Source: Alphaproteobacteria bacterium (GTDB lineage Bacteria; Pseudomonadota; Alphaproteobacteria; Rs-D84). From it: a DNA stretch of 64,000 bases. Below, piece after piece: positions 1 to 8,645 of the stretch; position 1 is the first letter of the stretch, and each line of letters starts with the position of its first letter. The DNA lies in assembly GCA_017642585.1 (NCBI GenBank), contig JAGCOR010000019.1, positions 9,197-73,196 of the forward strand, in the 5' to 3' direction. The position numbers were made by a program, and so were the translations under genes. The notes under the pieces were generated by a model. That model had not been told where the DNA came from. It saw only the letters and a program-made list of their open reading frames with translations, and did not search any database.

Positions 1-100
1 AATAATTCAGCCAACCAACACACCAATACCACTGCCCCTTTGAATAACACGGTCGGCCTTATGAAAAAGAACAACAACAGTAACGGCATGACTTTTCCTT

Positions 101-508
101 TTAATCGATAATATATATTCTGCGGTTATTTGCAAAACGTCTTTGGTTTCTTTGTTCTTGACGAACAATAGCGTGTTTCAATATTTTTTTAGCTGTTCTT
201 TTAACAAAAGATGCGCTGGCATCTGGATATGTATTTTGCAATTCAATCATTGTTTGGGCCAAGAAACGTTTTTGATTACATTTTTTATACAAATTAATTT
301 CATTGGAAATTTGTTCTTGAACCTGGGTTAATTCAACCAAACTGATTTCATCATCAGAAAACAAAAAACAATTCCAATTCAATTTTCTGCGTGCCCAAGG
401 AAACAAATTGTAAAACACATCCATGTTATCATACGCCGTTTGAGTATGGCGGATTTTTGCAATTTGTTGGTTCTTTTTATAATTTTCGTCATAACTTAAA
501 CACATCAT
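101..508 (-). CDS. hypothetical protein, 135 aa, no recognisable domain
   Basis: Intact ORF. An AAAGGGG Shine-Dalgarno-like run lies about 6 nt upstream of the ATG pair at 503-508. The shared palindrome (589-603) plus a TAATAT -10 box lie upstream in the gene's orientation. Confidence 0.5.
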   Translation of the reverse strand: MMCLSYDENYKKNQQIAKIRHTQTAYDNMDVFYNLFPWARRKLNWNCFLFSDDEISLVELTQVQEQISNEINLYKKCNQKRFLAQTMIELQNTYPDASASFVKRTAKKILKHAIVRQEQRNQRRFANNRRIYIID

Positions 509-588
509 TTTTTACCCCTTTTGTTGTTATTGTTAAAATCTCGAATCGGCTGTATCGCTTCTTCAAAACAAATATTAATATGTCCAAA

Positions 589-603
589 GGACAAAATTGG
601 TCC
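589..603 (-). promoter_or_regulatory. Palindromic promoter-associated motif, site 1 (minus strand reads GGACCAATTTTGTCC, then 11 nt, then TAATAT)
   Basis: Read directly. The + strand is GGACAAAATTGGTCC. The same 15-mer recurs at 5878, 6839 and 7319, each time with the same spacing to a -10-like hexamer. Confidence 0.6.
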
Positions 604-688
604 ACTACCCCCAAACCACGTGCTTTATGGGTTGTATAAGCAATTTTTTTGTGTTATAACATAATGAAAAGACCCAAAGGACACCCAT

Positions 689-3600
689 ATGACAGATATA
701 AACAAACAATTATTTACCGCCGTCATTGAAAATAACTCTATTCAAGATATAAAAAAATTATTAGATAATGGGGCGGACGTTAATACAAAAAATGAAGAAC
801 AAGAAACACCTTTGTTCTATGTACAAAATGCAGAAACCACAAAATTTTTGGTTGATAATGGCGCAGATATTAACGCAAAAAATATATACGGACATACACC
901 CGCACTTGTAGCATTAAGCAACGAACGTCCAGGTGTTGCAAAAACTTTAATTGAAATGGGTGCAGACGTCAAAGCAACTGACAATTCTGGTAATACTTTG
1001 TTGCATTTTGCACCATCATTGGATATCGCCGAATTATTAATAAAATTGGGCGCAGATGTTAACGCAAAAACAGAAAGCAATGTAACACCTTTGCATTATG
1101 CAGCAAATGCAGATATTGCTAAACTTTTGATAGACCATGGTGCAGATGTAAATGCAAAAGACGATTTTGGGTTGACACCTTTGTTCACAAATTATGATCC
1201 TGATGCAACCAAGACAAAAATATTGATTGCTAACGGTGCAGAGATAGATGCCACAGATGTGGCGGGCGACACACCTTTGCGTCATACAGACAATATAAAT
1301 GTCGCAAAAGTGTTAATTGAACATGGCGCAAAGGTAAATATGAAAAACAATAATGGATCAACCGTATTACATAACAACTATGACCCTGAACTTGTTCAAT
1401 TTTTAATTGATAACGGCGCAGAGATAGATGCAACGGATAACCTGGGGCAAACACCGTTGCATGTTGCACCAAACGCGGCGGTCGCCCAGGTGTTAATTGA
1501 TAACGGCGCAGATATAAACGCACGCGATGCCAATGGTGCCACCCCACTTCATTGTATTGCATCCCAGACTGGTGACGGGATTGCAGATATAGTACGCGTT
1601 TTGATTAAAAATGGTGCAGAGATAGATGCAAGACGAAAATCATGGCAAGAGGCGTTACAAGATTCTGGTGAATTATGCAATATATCTGGCCCAACCCCTT
1701 TGTTTGATGTACAAAACCCAGATGTTGCACAACTGTTAATTGACAATGGTGCGGATATAAACGCAAAAGACGAAGAAGGCTTCACACCTTTACTTGTCAC
1801 ACAAGATGAAAAAATTGCCAAATTGTTAATTGATAACGGCGCGGATATTTATGTTGAAAGCGATAAAGGTTGCACCGCACTGCACAAGGCACAAAGTATA
1901 GATATCGCTAAATTCTTAATTGATAAAGGACTGGATGTTAATACAGAATGGGAATATCAGGGACCCCCCCTGTGTTGCACAACCGATCTGGAAATTGCTA
2001 AATTGTTAATTGACAATGGTGCAAACATAAATCAAACAGACAAAGATTCATTCGTCCCATTATTTCTTGTAAAAACCCCAGAAATACAGCAATTATTGAT
2101 TGACCGCGGGGCAGATATACATGTTAAATTGGGGGATTTTACCGCTTTACATCATGCAAAAAGTGTACAAATTGCACAATATTTAATAGATGCAGGTTTG
2201 GATGTTAATGCATTGGCTTTCAATAATTATACGCCTTTGGTTTGTACAAACGATATTGAAATTGCAAAACTATTAATTAAAAATGGCGCGAACCCAAATT
2301 TAGAAAATGACAGTGGCGAAACACCTTTGTTTAATGTAACCACCCCAGAAATATGTCAGTTATTAATTGATAATGGTGCGGATATTAATAAAACAAACAT
2401 ACACGATGAAACACCTTTGGCATATCATTCAAGAGGTGGGGACCTTGATGACAATATCGAAATTATCAGGGTGTTAGTTGAAAACGGTGCAAATATACCC
2501 ACACAACCTGTTTTCAATTATCTGTTTGACCCTAAGATTATGCAACTGTTAATCGATGCTGGGACAGATGTTAATGCAAAAAACGACTATGGCGAAACCC
2601 CTTTGTTTTATGCACAAAATTCCCAGATTGCCCAGGTGTTAATTGACAACGGGGCAGATATTAATGCGACAAACAACTGCGGGGCAACGCCATTACTTTA
2701 TCAAAACAAGGCCGATATAAGAAAATTGTTAATTAATAATGGTGCCAATGTAAACGTGAAAGACAAGGATGGTGATACACCATTGCTTTGTGCCAAAGAT
2801 GCAGAAGAAGAACAGATGTTAATTGACCGCGGTGCAGATATTCATGCAATGAATCATGATGGAAAAAACGCCCTGCATAACGTTCACTGTGTTGAAATCG
2901 CCAAATTATTAATTGATAACGGGGTAGATGTTAATGCAACTGATAACGCTGGCAGAACCCCATTACATTATGCTAAAAGCGAAGAAATTGCAAAATTGTT
3001 AATTGATAATGGGGCAAAGATAGACATAAAAGATAATTATGGTGAAACACCGTTGCACAGAGCATCTATAACAGATGTTACTGCATGTTTAATCAAAAAT
3101 GGCGCAGATGTTAATGCAACAAATAACTTTGGGGAAACACCATTGCATGATGTACCAAATACCCAGATTGCACAATTGTTGATAGATCATGGTGCAGATG
3201 TAAATGCAAAAGCCCATAATGGCGACACACCTTTACACCTATCTAATTTTATGAGCGTAAGATGGGATAGAGCTTATTTCAAAGATAATATTACGCAAGT
3301 TTTAATAAACAACGGTGCGGATGTTAACGCAAAAAATAACGAAGGTGAAACACCTTTGTTTACAATAGACAACATAGAAACGGCAAAATTATTAGTCGAA
3401 CATGGTGCAAATATAAACGCAAAAGATAACTATGGAAACACCCCATTACATACAAGCCACGACTATGATACATTGAAATATTTAATAGAATGTGGTGCCG
3501 ATGTAAACGCAAAAAACAATAATGGCGACACCCCTTTGCATTTGTATATAGACAAAGATAGACTTCCCAATAAAATAGAATTATTGATTGAACATGGGGC

Positions 3601-4555
3601 AGATGTAAACGAACAAAACAATGATGGTGATACGCCGTTGCATCGCGCCTACTCTGCTGGCACTATAAACCTGTTGATAAAACACGGTGCAAATGTAAAC
3701 ATCAAAAACAAAAACGGTTGTACACCTTTGCATTATGCATACGATATTGCATGTGCCAGATTGTTGATTGAACACGGTGCAGAGGCAGATACAAAAGACA
3801 ACAACGGACTGTCACCACTGTTTTACACGCAAGAATTTGAAATATTAACCCCACCAAACGTAGAAAATAACAATCGTTTGGCTAAATTAGAAGAATTTTT
3901 GGTCGATAATGGTGCCGATATCCATGGCACACATACGGATGGTGGAACCTTGTTACACTCTATTCACAGTGTTAAAATTGCAAAAATGCTAATTGACCAA
4001 GGTTTTGATGTAAACGCACGAAACGAATATGGTAATACACCTATATTTTGCACAAACAACGTCAAGATTGTGAAATTATTCATTGAACACGGGGCAGATG
4101 TTAATGTTAAAAATAGTTATGGTAATACACCACTGATGGGTCAGGACATTTTTGACATTGCAAAACTTTTGATTGAACACGGGGCAGATGTTAACGCCAC
4201 AAACAACAAAGGTAGAACACCTTTGCATTGCGTCTATAATAAAAACGTCGCCCAATTATTGATTGATAATGGTGCCAAGATAGATGTAAAAGATAACAAT
4301 GGAAATACGCCTTTACATGCGTTAAATACCCCAGAAATGGTACAGTTTTTGATTGAACACGGCGCGAATGTAAACGCCAGAAACAATCAAGGTAAAACCC
4401 CACTGCATTGTTGTGAATGGGGCGAAGATATTGCAAAAATATTGGTTGATAACGGTGCGGATATAAATGCCAAAGATAATGACGGCAAAACGCCTTTGGA
4501 TACAGTGGAAGATCCGGATATAAAAAAATATCTGCAATCTATCGGCGCAAAATAA
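689..4555 (+). CDS. giant ankyrin-repeat protein, 1288 aa, about 40 tandem ANK units
   Basis: By my count about 40 consecutive 32-33 aa units with the consensus (A/V)xLLIxxGA(D/N)(V/I)Nxx(D/N)xxGxTPL(H/F). AAAGGA lies 7 nt before the ATG. The antisense ORFs inside it are repeat artefacts. Confidence 0.95.
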   Translation: MTDINKQLFTAVIENNSIQDIKKLLDNGADVNTKNEEQETPLFYVQNAETTKFLVDNGADINAKNIYGHTPALVALSNERPGVAKTLIEMGADVKATDNSGNTLLHFAPSLDIAELLIKLGADVNAKTESNVTPLHYAANADIAKLLIDHGADVNAKDDFGLTPLFTNYDPDATKTKILIANGAEIDATDVAGDTPLRHTDNINVAKVLIEHGAKVNMKNNNGSTVLHNNYDPELVQFLIDNGAEIDATDNLGQTPLHVAPNAAVAQVLIDNGADINARDANGATPLHCIASQTGDGIADIVRVLIKNGAEIDARRKSWQEALQDSGELCNISGPTPLFDVQNPDVAQLLIDNGADINAKDEEGFTPLLVTQDEKIAKLLIDNGADIYVESDKGCTALHKAQSIDIAKFLIDKGLDVNTEWEYQGPPLCCTTDLEIAKLLIDNGANINQTDKDSFVPLFLVKTPEIQQLLIDRGADIHVKLGDFTALHHAKSVQIAQYLIDAGLDVNALAFNNYTPLVCTNDIEIAKLLIKNGANPNLENDSGETPLFNVTTPEICQLLIDNGADINKTNIHDETPLAYHSRGGDLDDNIEIIRVLVENGANIPTQPVFNYLFDPKIMQLLIDAGTDVNAKNDYGETPLFYAQNSQIAQVLIDNGADINATNNCGATPLLYQNKADIRKLLINNGANVNVKDKDGDTPLLCAKDAEEEQMLIDRGADIHAMNHDGKNALHNVHCVEIAKLLIDNGVDVNATDNAGRTPLHYAKSEEIAKLLIDNGAKIDIKDNYGETPLHRASITDVTACLIKNGADVNATNNFGETPLHDVPNTQIAQLLIDHGADVNAKAHNGDTPLHLSNFMSVRWDRAYFKDNITQVLINNGADVNAKNNEGETPLFTIDNIETAKLLVEHGANINAKDNYGNTPLHTSHDYDTLKYLIECGADVNAKNNNGDTPLHLYIDKDRLPNKIELLIEHGADVNEQNNDGDTPLHRAYSAGTINLLIKHGANVNIKNKNGCTPLHYAYDIACARLLIEHGAEADTKDNNGLSPLFYTQEFEILTPPNVENNNRLAKLEEFLVDNGADIHGTHTDGGTLLHSIHSVKIAKMLIDQGFDVNARNEYGNTPIFCTNNVKIVKLFIEHGADVNVKNSYGNTPLMGQDIFDIAKLLIEHGADVNATNNKGRTPLHCVYNKNVAQLLIDNGAKIDVKDNNGNTPLHALNTPEMVQFLIEHGANVNARNNQGKTPLHCCEWGEDIAKILVDNGADINAKDNDGKTPLDTVEDPDIKKYLQSIGAK

Positions 4556-4567
4556 TATTGTAAAAAA

Positions 4568-4585
4568 ATAACCCGATCGGGTTAT
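4568..4585. terminator. bidirectional rho-independent terminator between convergent genes
   Basis: Perfect palindrome ATAACCCGATCGGGTTAT, flanked by an A-run on the left and a T-run on the right. Confidence 0.7.
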
Positions 4586-4607
4586 TTTTTTATGTCTGTT
4601 TTATCTG

Positions 4608-5831
4608 TTATTTTTCAGATTTATTGTCAGCAAACATTTTTGCCACGGTTGGACTTTTTCTGGTCAGTCTTTTGATTGTCAATTCTTCCACTTTGTTGTT
4701 TGCTTTGTCCAAATTACTGCCAGAACCAATCAAGGCTTCTTTGACTTTTTGTAACCGTTTTATACTGTTATCTATTTCTTGGATTGCATCTGTAAATTTA
4801 GTTTGGGCCAATTTGTATTGTCTGCCAAACCCTGCCTTGAATTCTTCTACTTCTTGTTCAAACTTTGTTACATCTATATTGGTTTGTCTGTATTCAGCAA
4901 TCTGTTTTTTGTATTCTGCATTCTTGGCCGCAGCATTTCGCAACAATGTTATCATAGGAATAAAGAATTGCGGACGAATAACATACATTTTGTCATATCT
5001 GTGTGATACATCTACAATGCCGTTATTGTACAAATCATTGTCAGATTCCAACATAGAAACCAAAACTGCATATTCGCAATTTTTCAAACGTCTGTCTTTG
5101 TCTAATTCAGCAAAGAAATCTTCGTTTTTATGTTTTGATGCGGTTAAATCTGCTTCATTTTTCATTTCAAACATCACAGAAACGGTTTCCACGCCATCTA
5201 CATAATCGCGGAAGATAAAATCGCCCTTGGATCCGCGTTTGTCGCCCTCTTCTTTGACAACTTCATTGTCTTTTTCAAAGTAAGCATTAGGAAACGCAGC
5301 AGAACGTATTTTATTAAATTCGTTCAAACAATGTTGTTCCAAAGATTCCCCAATCATTTTAGTGGACATCTTGGCCTTCATGTCTTTATAGAATGCGATT
5401 TCTTCATCTTTCATTTTAATTTTAATATCGTATTCACTTTGCAAATTGCGTTTTTGTAATTCAGAATCTGCAGCAATCATTTTCAAATTGTTTTCCAATT
5501 CTGCAATTTTTTTGTCTTTTTCAAACAAATCTTCTTTGGTTTTATTTTGGGCTTCAATAACCGCAATTTGTTTGTCTTTTTCACTGGCATCCAGACGGGC
5601 TTTGAATGCATCAATTTGTTTTTGCAAATCTAACAAAGATTGTTCTTTGTCTTGCTTGGCCTGCATTTGCATCAATTTGATTTCGTTTTCCATCTGGGTT
5701 TGATGCTGATGAATTTGATCAGCCACGGCCTTTTCAAATTCGGCATTTCTGATTTGACTTACAATTTCTGCATATCCAGATTCATCTACTGTGAATACTG
5801 TTCCGCATTTTGGGCATTTGATTTCGCGCAT
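4608..5831 (-). CDS. DUF2130-like protein: N-terminal Zn-ribbon, coiled-coil, C-terminal PD-(D/E)XK-like nuclease core
   Basis: CPKCG at the N-terminus and a long E/K/Q-rich heptad-like middle. GDFIFRD...VMFEMKNE fits the D...ExK pattern. Start set to the MREIKCPKCG ATG at 5831 (AAAGGA RBS), because the longer ORF to 5945 would overlap the upstream gene. Confidence 0.75.
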   Translation of the reverse strand: MREIKCPKCGTVFTVDESGYAEIVSQIRNAEFEKAVADQIHQHQTQMENEIKLMQMQAKQDKEQSLLDLQKQIDAFKARLDASEKDKQIAVIEAQNKTKEDLFEKDKKIAELENNLKMIAADSELQKRNLQSEYDIKIKMKDEEIAFYKDMKAKMSTKMIGESLEQHCLNEFNKIRSAAFPNAYFEKDNEVVKEEGDKRGSKGDFIFRDYVDGVETVSVMFEMKNEADLTASKHKNEDFFAELDKDRRLKNCEYAVLVSMLESDNDLYNNGIVDVSHRYDKMYVIRPQFFIPMITLLRNAAAKNAEYKKQIAEYRQTNIDVTKFEQEVEEFKAGFGRQYKLAQTKFTDAIQEIDNSIKRLQKVKEALIGSGSNLDKANNKVEELTIKRLTRKSPTVAKMFADNKSEK

Positions 5832-5877
5832 ATTTAATCCTTTTGTTGTTATGCGATTGTAATTATAATGGGGTAGC

Positions 5878-5892
5878 GGACAAAATTGGTCC
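5878..5892 (-). promoter_or_regulatory. Palindromic promoter-associated motif, site 2 (minus strand GGACCAATTTTGTCC, then 10 nt, then TATAAT)
   Basis: Read directly. It lies 47 nt upstream of the DUF2130-like start codon. The arms extend to GCGGAC...GTCCGC. Confidence 0.6.
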
Positions 5893-5901
5893 GCAGCCTT
5901 T

Positions 5902-6792
5902 TTAAATTGCAACATGAATACGAATTGGTGTCCGCCCCGCATCACTTAACAGCATATCGCCACACGGCAACAACAATTCAGCACCACATTCCCCTAACAA
6001 ACACTTTGATTCAGCATTTGTTTTTGTTTTCAATGCTATCCATGTTGTTAAATTTGCTTTGATTATCCCTGTTATAACAGATTTATCGATATGTTGGGTA
6101 GCCATAATTAAATGCACACCAACACCACGACCATAGGACGCAATAAATTGGACGATTTTTTCCATACTCTTTTTATTTGTAGCGATTAAATCTGCAAATT
6201 CATCAACCATAACTATGATACGGCCAATTTTATTTTTATCAGATTTTTTACAGTTTTTACGTCTGTGGTCGATAATTTCACAAATTTCCTGTAATTTAAT
6301 AATTGCTTTATTTATATCAACAATAACTTCCCTGAATCCATTGTTGTTACATTTTGCAAAATCAACACCTTTGGTATCCATGATCACAATGGAATCTTGT
6401 GGTTTATGATTATGAAGCACAGATTCATATATTGTTTTTAACAGTTCTGTTTTTCCAGATCCTGTTTTTCCACCAATTAATATATGCCCTATTTTATCTA
6501 AATCTCTTACCACTGGATTTCCAAAAACATCTACACCCAACACAACAGGCAATTCATATTTAGATTGCAAAAATTCTTTGGTTTTCAGCAATTTTTTCAA
6601 ATCTGGCAATTCTTGATTTTTATTTGGCATTTCCAATATAATCGAATTAGATTTTGGACAATATTCGGCATAACAGCCCATTTTATTTGCCAATTTCATA
6701 TAATCGCTGTATCGTTCGCCCGGTTTAATATTATAAACAAAGTTTGTAACACGAGGACCGCTGATACATACATTTTCGTTTATTTTAACCAT
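5902..6792 (-). CDS. stand-alone FtsK/SpoIIIE-type ATPase (motor alpha/beta domains only)
   Basis: Walker A GGKTGSGKT, Walker B IIVMVDEFADL, then HLIMATQH and ITGIIKANL, all colinear with the FtsK motor. There is no TM segment and no gamma domain. AGGAG RBS. Confidence 0.8.
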   Translation of the reverse strand: MVKINENVCISGPRVTNFVYNIKPGERYSDYMKLANKMGCYAEYCPKSNSIILEMPNKNQELPDLKKLLKTKEFLQSKYELPVVLGVDVFGNPVVRDLDKIGHILIGGKTGSGKTELLKTIYESVLHNHKPQDSIVIMDTKGVDFAKCNNNGFREVIVDINKAIIKLQEICEIIDHRRKNCKKSDKNKIGRIIVMVDEFADLIATNKKSMEKIVQFIASYGRGVGVHLIMATQHIDKSVITGIIKANLTTWIALKTKTNAESKCLLGECGAELLLPCGDMLLSDAGRTPIRIHVAI

Positions 6793-6838
6793 TTTTATCT
6801 CCTGTGGTTTTGTTTACACACATATTACAATTATCACG

Positions 6839-6853
6839 GGACAAAATCGGTCC
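6839..6853 (-). promoter_or_regulatory. Palindromic promoter-associated motif, site 3 (minus strand GGACCGATTTTGTCC, then 11 nt, then TAATAT)
   Basis: Read directly. One substitution relative to sites 1 and 2. It lies 47 nt upstream of the FtsK-like start codon. Confidence 0.55.
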
Positions 6854-6884
6854 ACCAAAATTTAATTCATATATTTAATTTATA

Positions 6885-7244
6885 TTATCTTATTATTATG
6901 TGTTTGAACCATTGTTCCTGGAACGCGATTTTTTCTTCGATTTGTTCATCTGAAAAATTTTTCCCCTGTGGAACAACTATCAATTTGTCATCATCGTCAT
7001 TTGTTCTGTGAACAACAGCAATACAAACACCATCGAATTCTTGTTTTGCTTCATCAACCCCTAAAACATAGGCATCCAATTCTTCGCCATCACCAGACAC
7101 AGTATTTGGTACAAAACCATAATTTACAGTATATATAAAACCGAATTTTGGATGTTTTGTTCCCAAAGGTCTGTCCATTTTTACATGAATTGGTTTACCT
7201 ATTAAATTATATGGAAATAATGATTTATCAACTGTTTCAGACAT
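6885..7244 (-). CDS. small inorganic-pyrophosphatase-like protein, 119 aa
   Basis: DRPLGTKHP and GDGEELDAYVLG resemble the family I PPase acidic signature D-x-(D/E)-x-x-D. It is much shorter than canonical PPases. AAGGGAG RBS. Confidence 0.55.
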   Translation of the reverse strand: MSETVDKSLFPYNLIGKPIHVKMDRPLGTKHPKFGFIYTVNYGFVPNTVSGDGEELDAYVLGVDEAKQEFDGVCIAVVHRTNDDDDKLIVVPQGKNFSDEQIEEKIAFQEQWFKHIIIR

Positions 7245-7318
7245 TGCGCGCTCCCTTTTTTCGAAATATAAACCACGAAATTTGCGATTTCAACTTATTT
7301 AATTACAAAAATTTTATT

Positions 7319-7333
7319 GGACCAATTTTGTCT
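7319..7333 (+). promoter_or_regulatory. Palindromic promoter-associated motif, site 4 (+ strand GGACCAATTTTGTCT, then 11 nt, then TACAAT)
   Basis: Read directly, 14 of 15 match. It lies in the divergent region between the PPase-like gene and the MBL gene, oriented toward the MBL gene. Confidence 0.55.
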
Positions 7334-7391
7334 ATAAACATATATACAATGAAAATGAAAAAAACAAAAATTTGAAAAAAAAGAGTCGAAA

Positions 7392-8636
7392 ATGAAAATA
7401 TGTGTATATCGTGGAACAAATGAAATTGGTGGTAACTGTATAGAAATATCTACAAATAAAACCCGTATTTTATTAGATATTGGAACACCATTATCATCAA
7501 TGAATGAAAAGAACCCGCTGGAAACCTATAAAAATTCATGTTGTGGTGTATATAAAGAGGACACCCCAACCATAGATGCAATTTTTATCAGTCACACCCA
7601 TCGCGATCATTATGGTTTATTGCCAATAATAAATGCAAAAATACCTGTGTATATGTCAAAAATTACACATGATATTTTAACCAAAATAGAACCTTTGTTG
7701 CCTGATGATTTTGATGTTTCTAATTTAGATATTCATGAAATTGATTCAAAACAAACAATTAAAATCAAAGATTTAAAAATCACTGCTTTTGCAGTAGACC
7801 ACATCCCAGGCGCAATGGCATATGAAATAACAGACGGCAAAAAACGCATTGTTTACACTGGCGATTTCAGATTTCATTCAAATCAAAAATGGAAATCATG
7901 GGCTTTGGCAGATTTAGCCAACAATCCGGATTATTTGATAATGGAAGGAACCCGCCTGTCGCGCACCGAAGACATCGAAAAATATAACACGGAAAATTCT
8001 GTTTATCGTGCAATTACAAAATTATTGCTTAATTCACACAATATCGCATTTGCCAGTTTTTCTTCACAAAATCTGGACAGATTGGTTTCTTTTATCAAGG
8101 CCAGTATCGCATCAAATCGCACTTTAGTAATTGATCCATATACCGCCGCTTTGATGGATGTGTTTAATAATGTGTTTCCAACTGTCCCGACTGTTGATAT
8201 GTTACCAAACATCAAAATATATTTTGGCACCAGTGAATCTATCGCAACAAAAATGAAAAAAAACGGTTTGTTTTATAAACACAAAAACAAGAAAATTACC
8301 AAGGAAGAAATATTGGCGAATCCCCACAATTTCATTTTAAAGCATAACAAGAAATTAACAGATTGGTTGTTAAAGAAAGGTGTTGATAATTATGATTTTG
8401 TTTATTCTATGTGGCATGGATATCTGGATTCGCAAAACACATGGGATGAATACAAAGAACATATAACAGAAATTCACACATCGGGGCATGCGGATGTTGC
8501 TAATTTACAAAAATTTGTAAAACGCATCAAACCCAAAACAATCATCCCCGTTCATACTGAATGTAAAAATGATTTCAAAGAAAAATTTAATATCAACACA
8601 TTGGTATTAAATGATAACGAACCCATGAAATTATAG
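7392..8636 (+). CDS. MBL-fold metallo-hydrolase of the beta-CASP nuclease type
   Basis: HTHRDHYG (HxHxDH motif). DFRFHS and a late HTSGHA resemble beta-CASP motifs. Confidence 0.75.
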   Translation: MKICVYRGTNEIGGNCIEISTNKTRILLDIGTPLSSMNEKNPLETYKNSCCGVYKEDTPTIDAIFISHTHRDHYGLLPIINAKIPVYMSKITHDILTKIEPLLPDDFDVSNLDIHEIDSKQTIKIKDLKITAFAVDHIPGAMAYEITDGKKRIVYTGDFRFHSNQKWKSWALADLANNPDYLIMEGTRLSRTEDIEKYNTENSVYRAITKLLLNSHNIAFASFSSQNLDRLVSFIKASIASNRTLVIDPYTAALMDVFNNVFPTVPTVDMLPNIKIYFGTSESIATKMKKNGLFYKHKNKKITKEEILANPHNFILKHNKKLTDWLLKKGVDNYDFVYSMWHGYLDSQNTWDEYKEHITEIHTSGHADVANLQKFVKRIKPKTIIPVHTECKNDFKEKFNINTLVLNDNEPMKL

Positions 8637-8645
8637 GAACAAACC

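Noticed and set aside
1-111. A frame open from position 1 to the TAA at 109-111 (…NSNGMTFPFNR*), possibly the 3' end of an upstream gene.
   Set aside because: Only 36 codons are visible, with no recognisable motif. It also overlaps the stop region of the minus-strand orf135, so there is too little evidence to call it.
817-4537. Numerous 60-110 aa ORFs on the minus strand and in alternative frames inside the ankyrin gene (for example 817-1080, 1230-1562, 4191-4436).
   Set aside because: They lie wholly inside a strongly supported 1288-aa repeat CDS and have no RBS. Their open frames are a by-product of the repetitive, codon-biased sequence.
689-4555. The ~99-nt periodicity of the ankyrin gene as a possible CRISPR-like or satellite array.
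   Set aside because: The periodicity is in frame and protein-coding, the units are diverged, and there is no repeat-spacer structure. No CRISPR array was seen anywhere in the window.
5832-5945. The 38-codon N-terminal extension of the DUF2130-like ORF in the ORF track.
   Set aside because: It would overlap the 3' end of the FtsK-like gene and run through the promoter/operator at 5878-5892. The internal ATG at 5831 has an AAAGGA RBS and begins the conserved Zn-ribbon.
589-7333. Reading the 15-bp motif as a sigma-54 (-24/-12) or ECF-sigma promoter.
   Set aside because: It has no GG-N10-GC spacing. The GGAC/GTCC arms are only 7 nt apart and are followed at 10-11 nt by ordinary sigma70-type -10 hexamers. 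A dimeric-regulator operator fits better.
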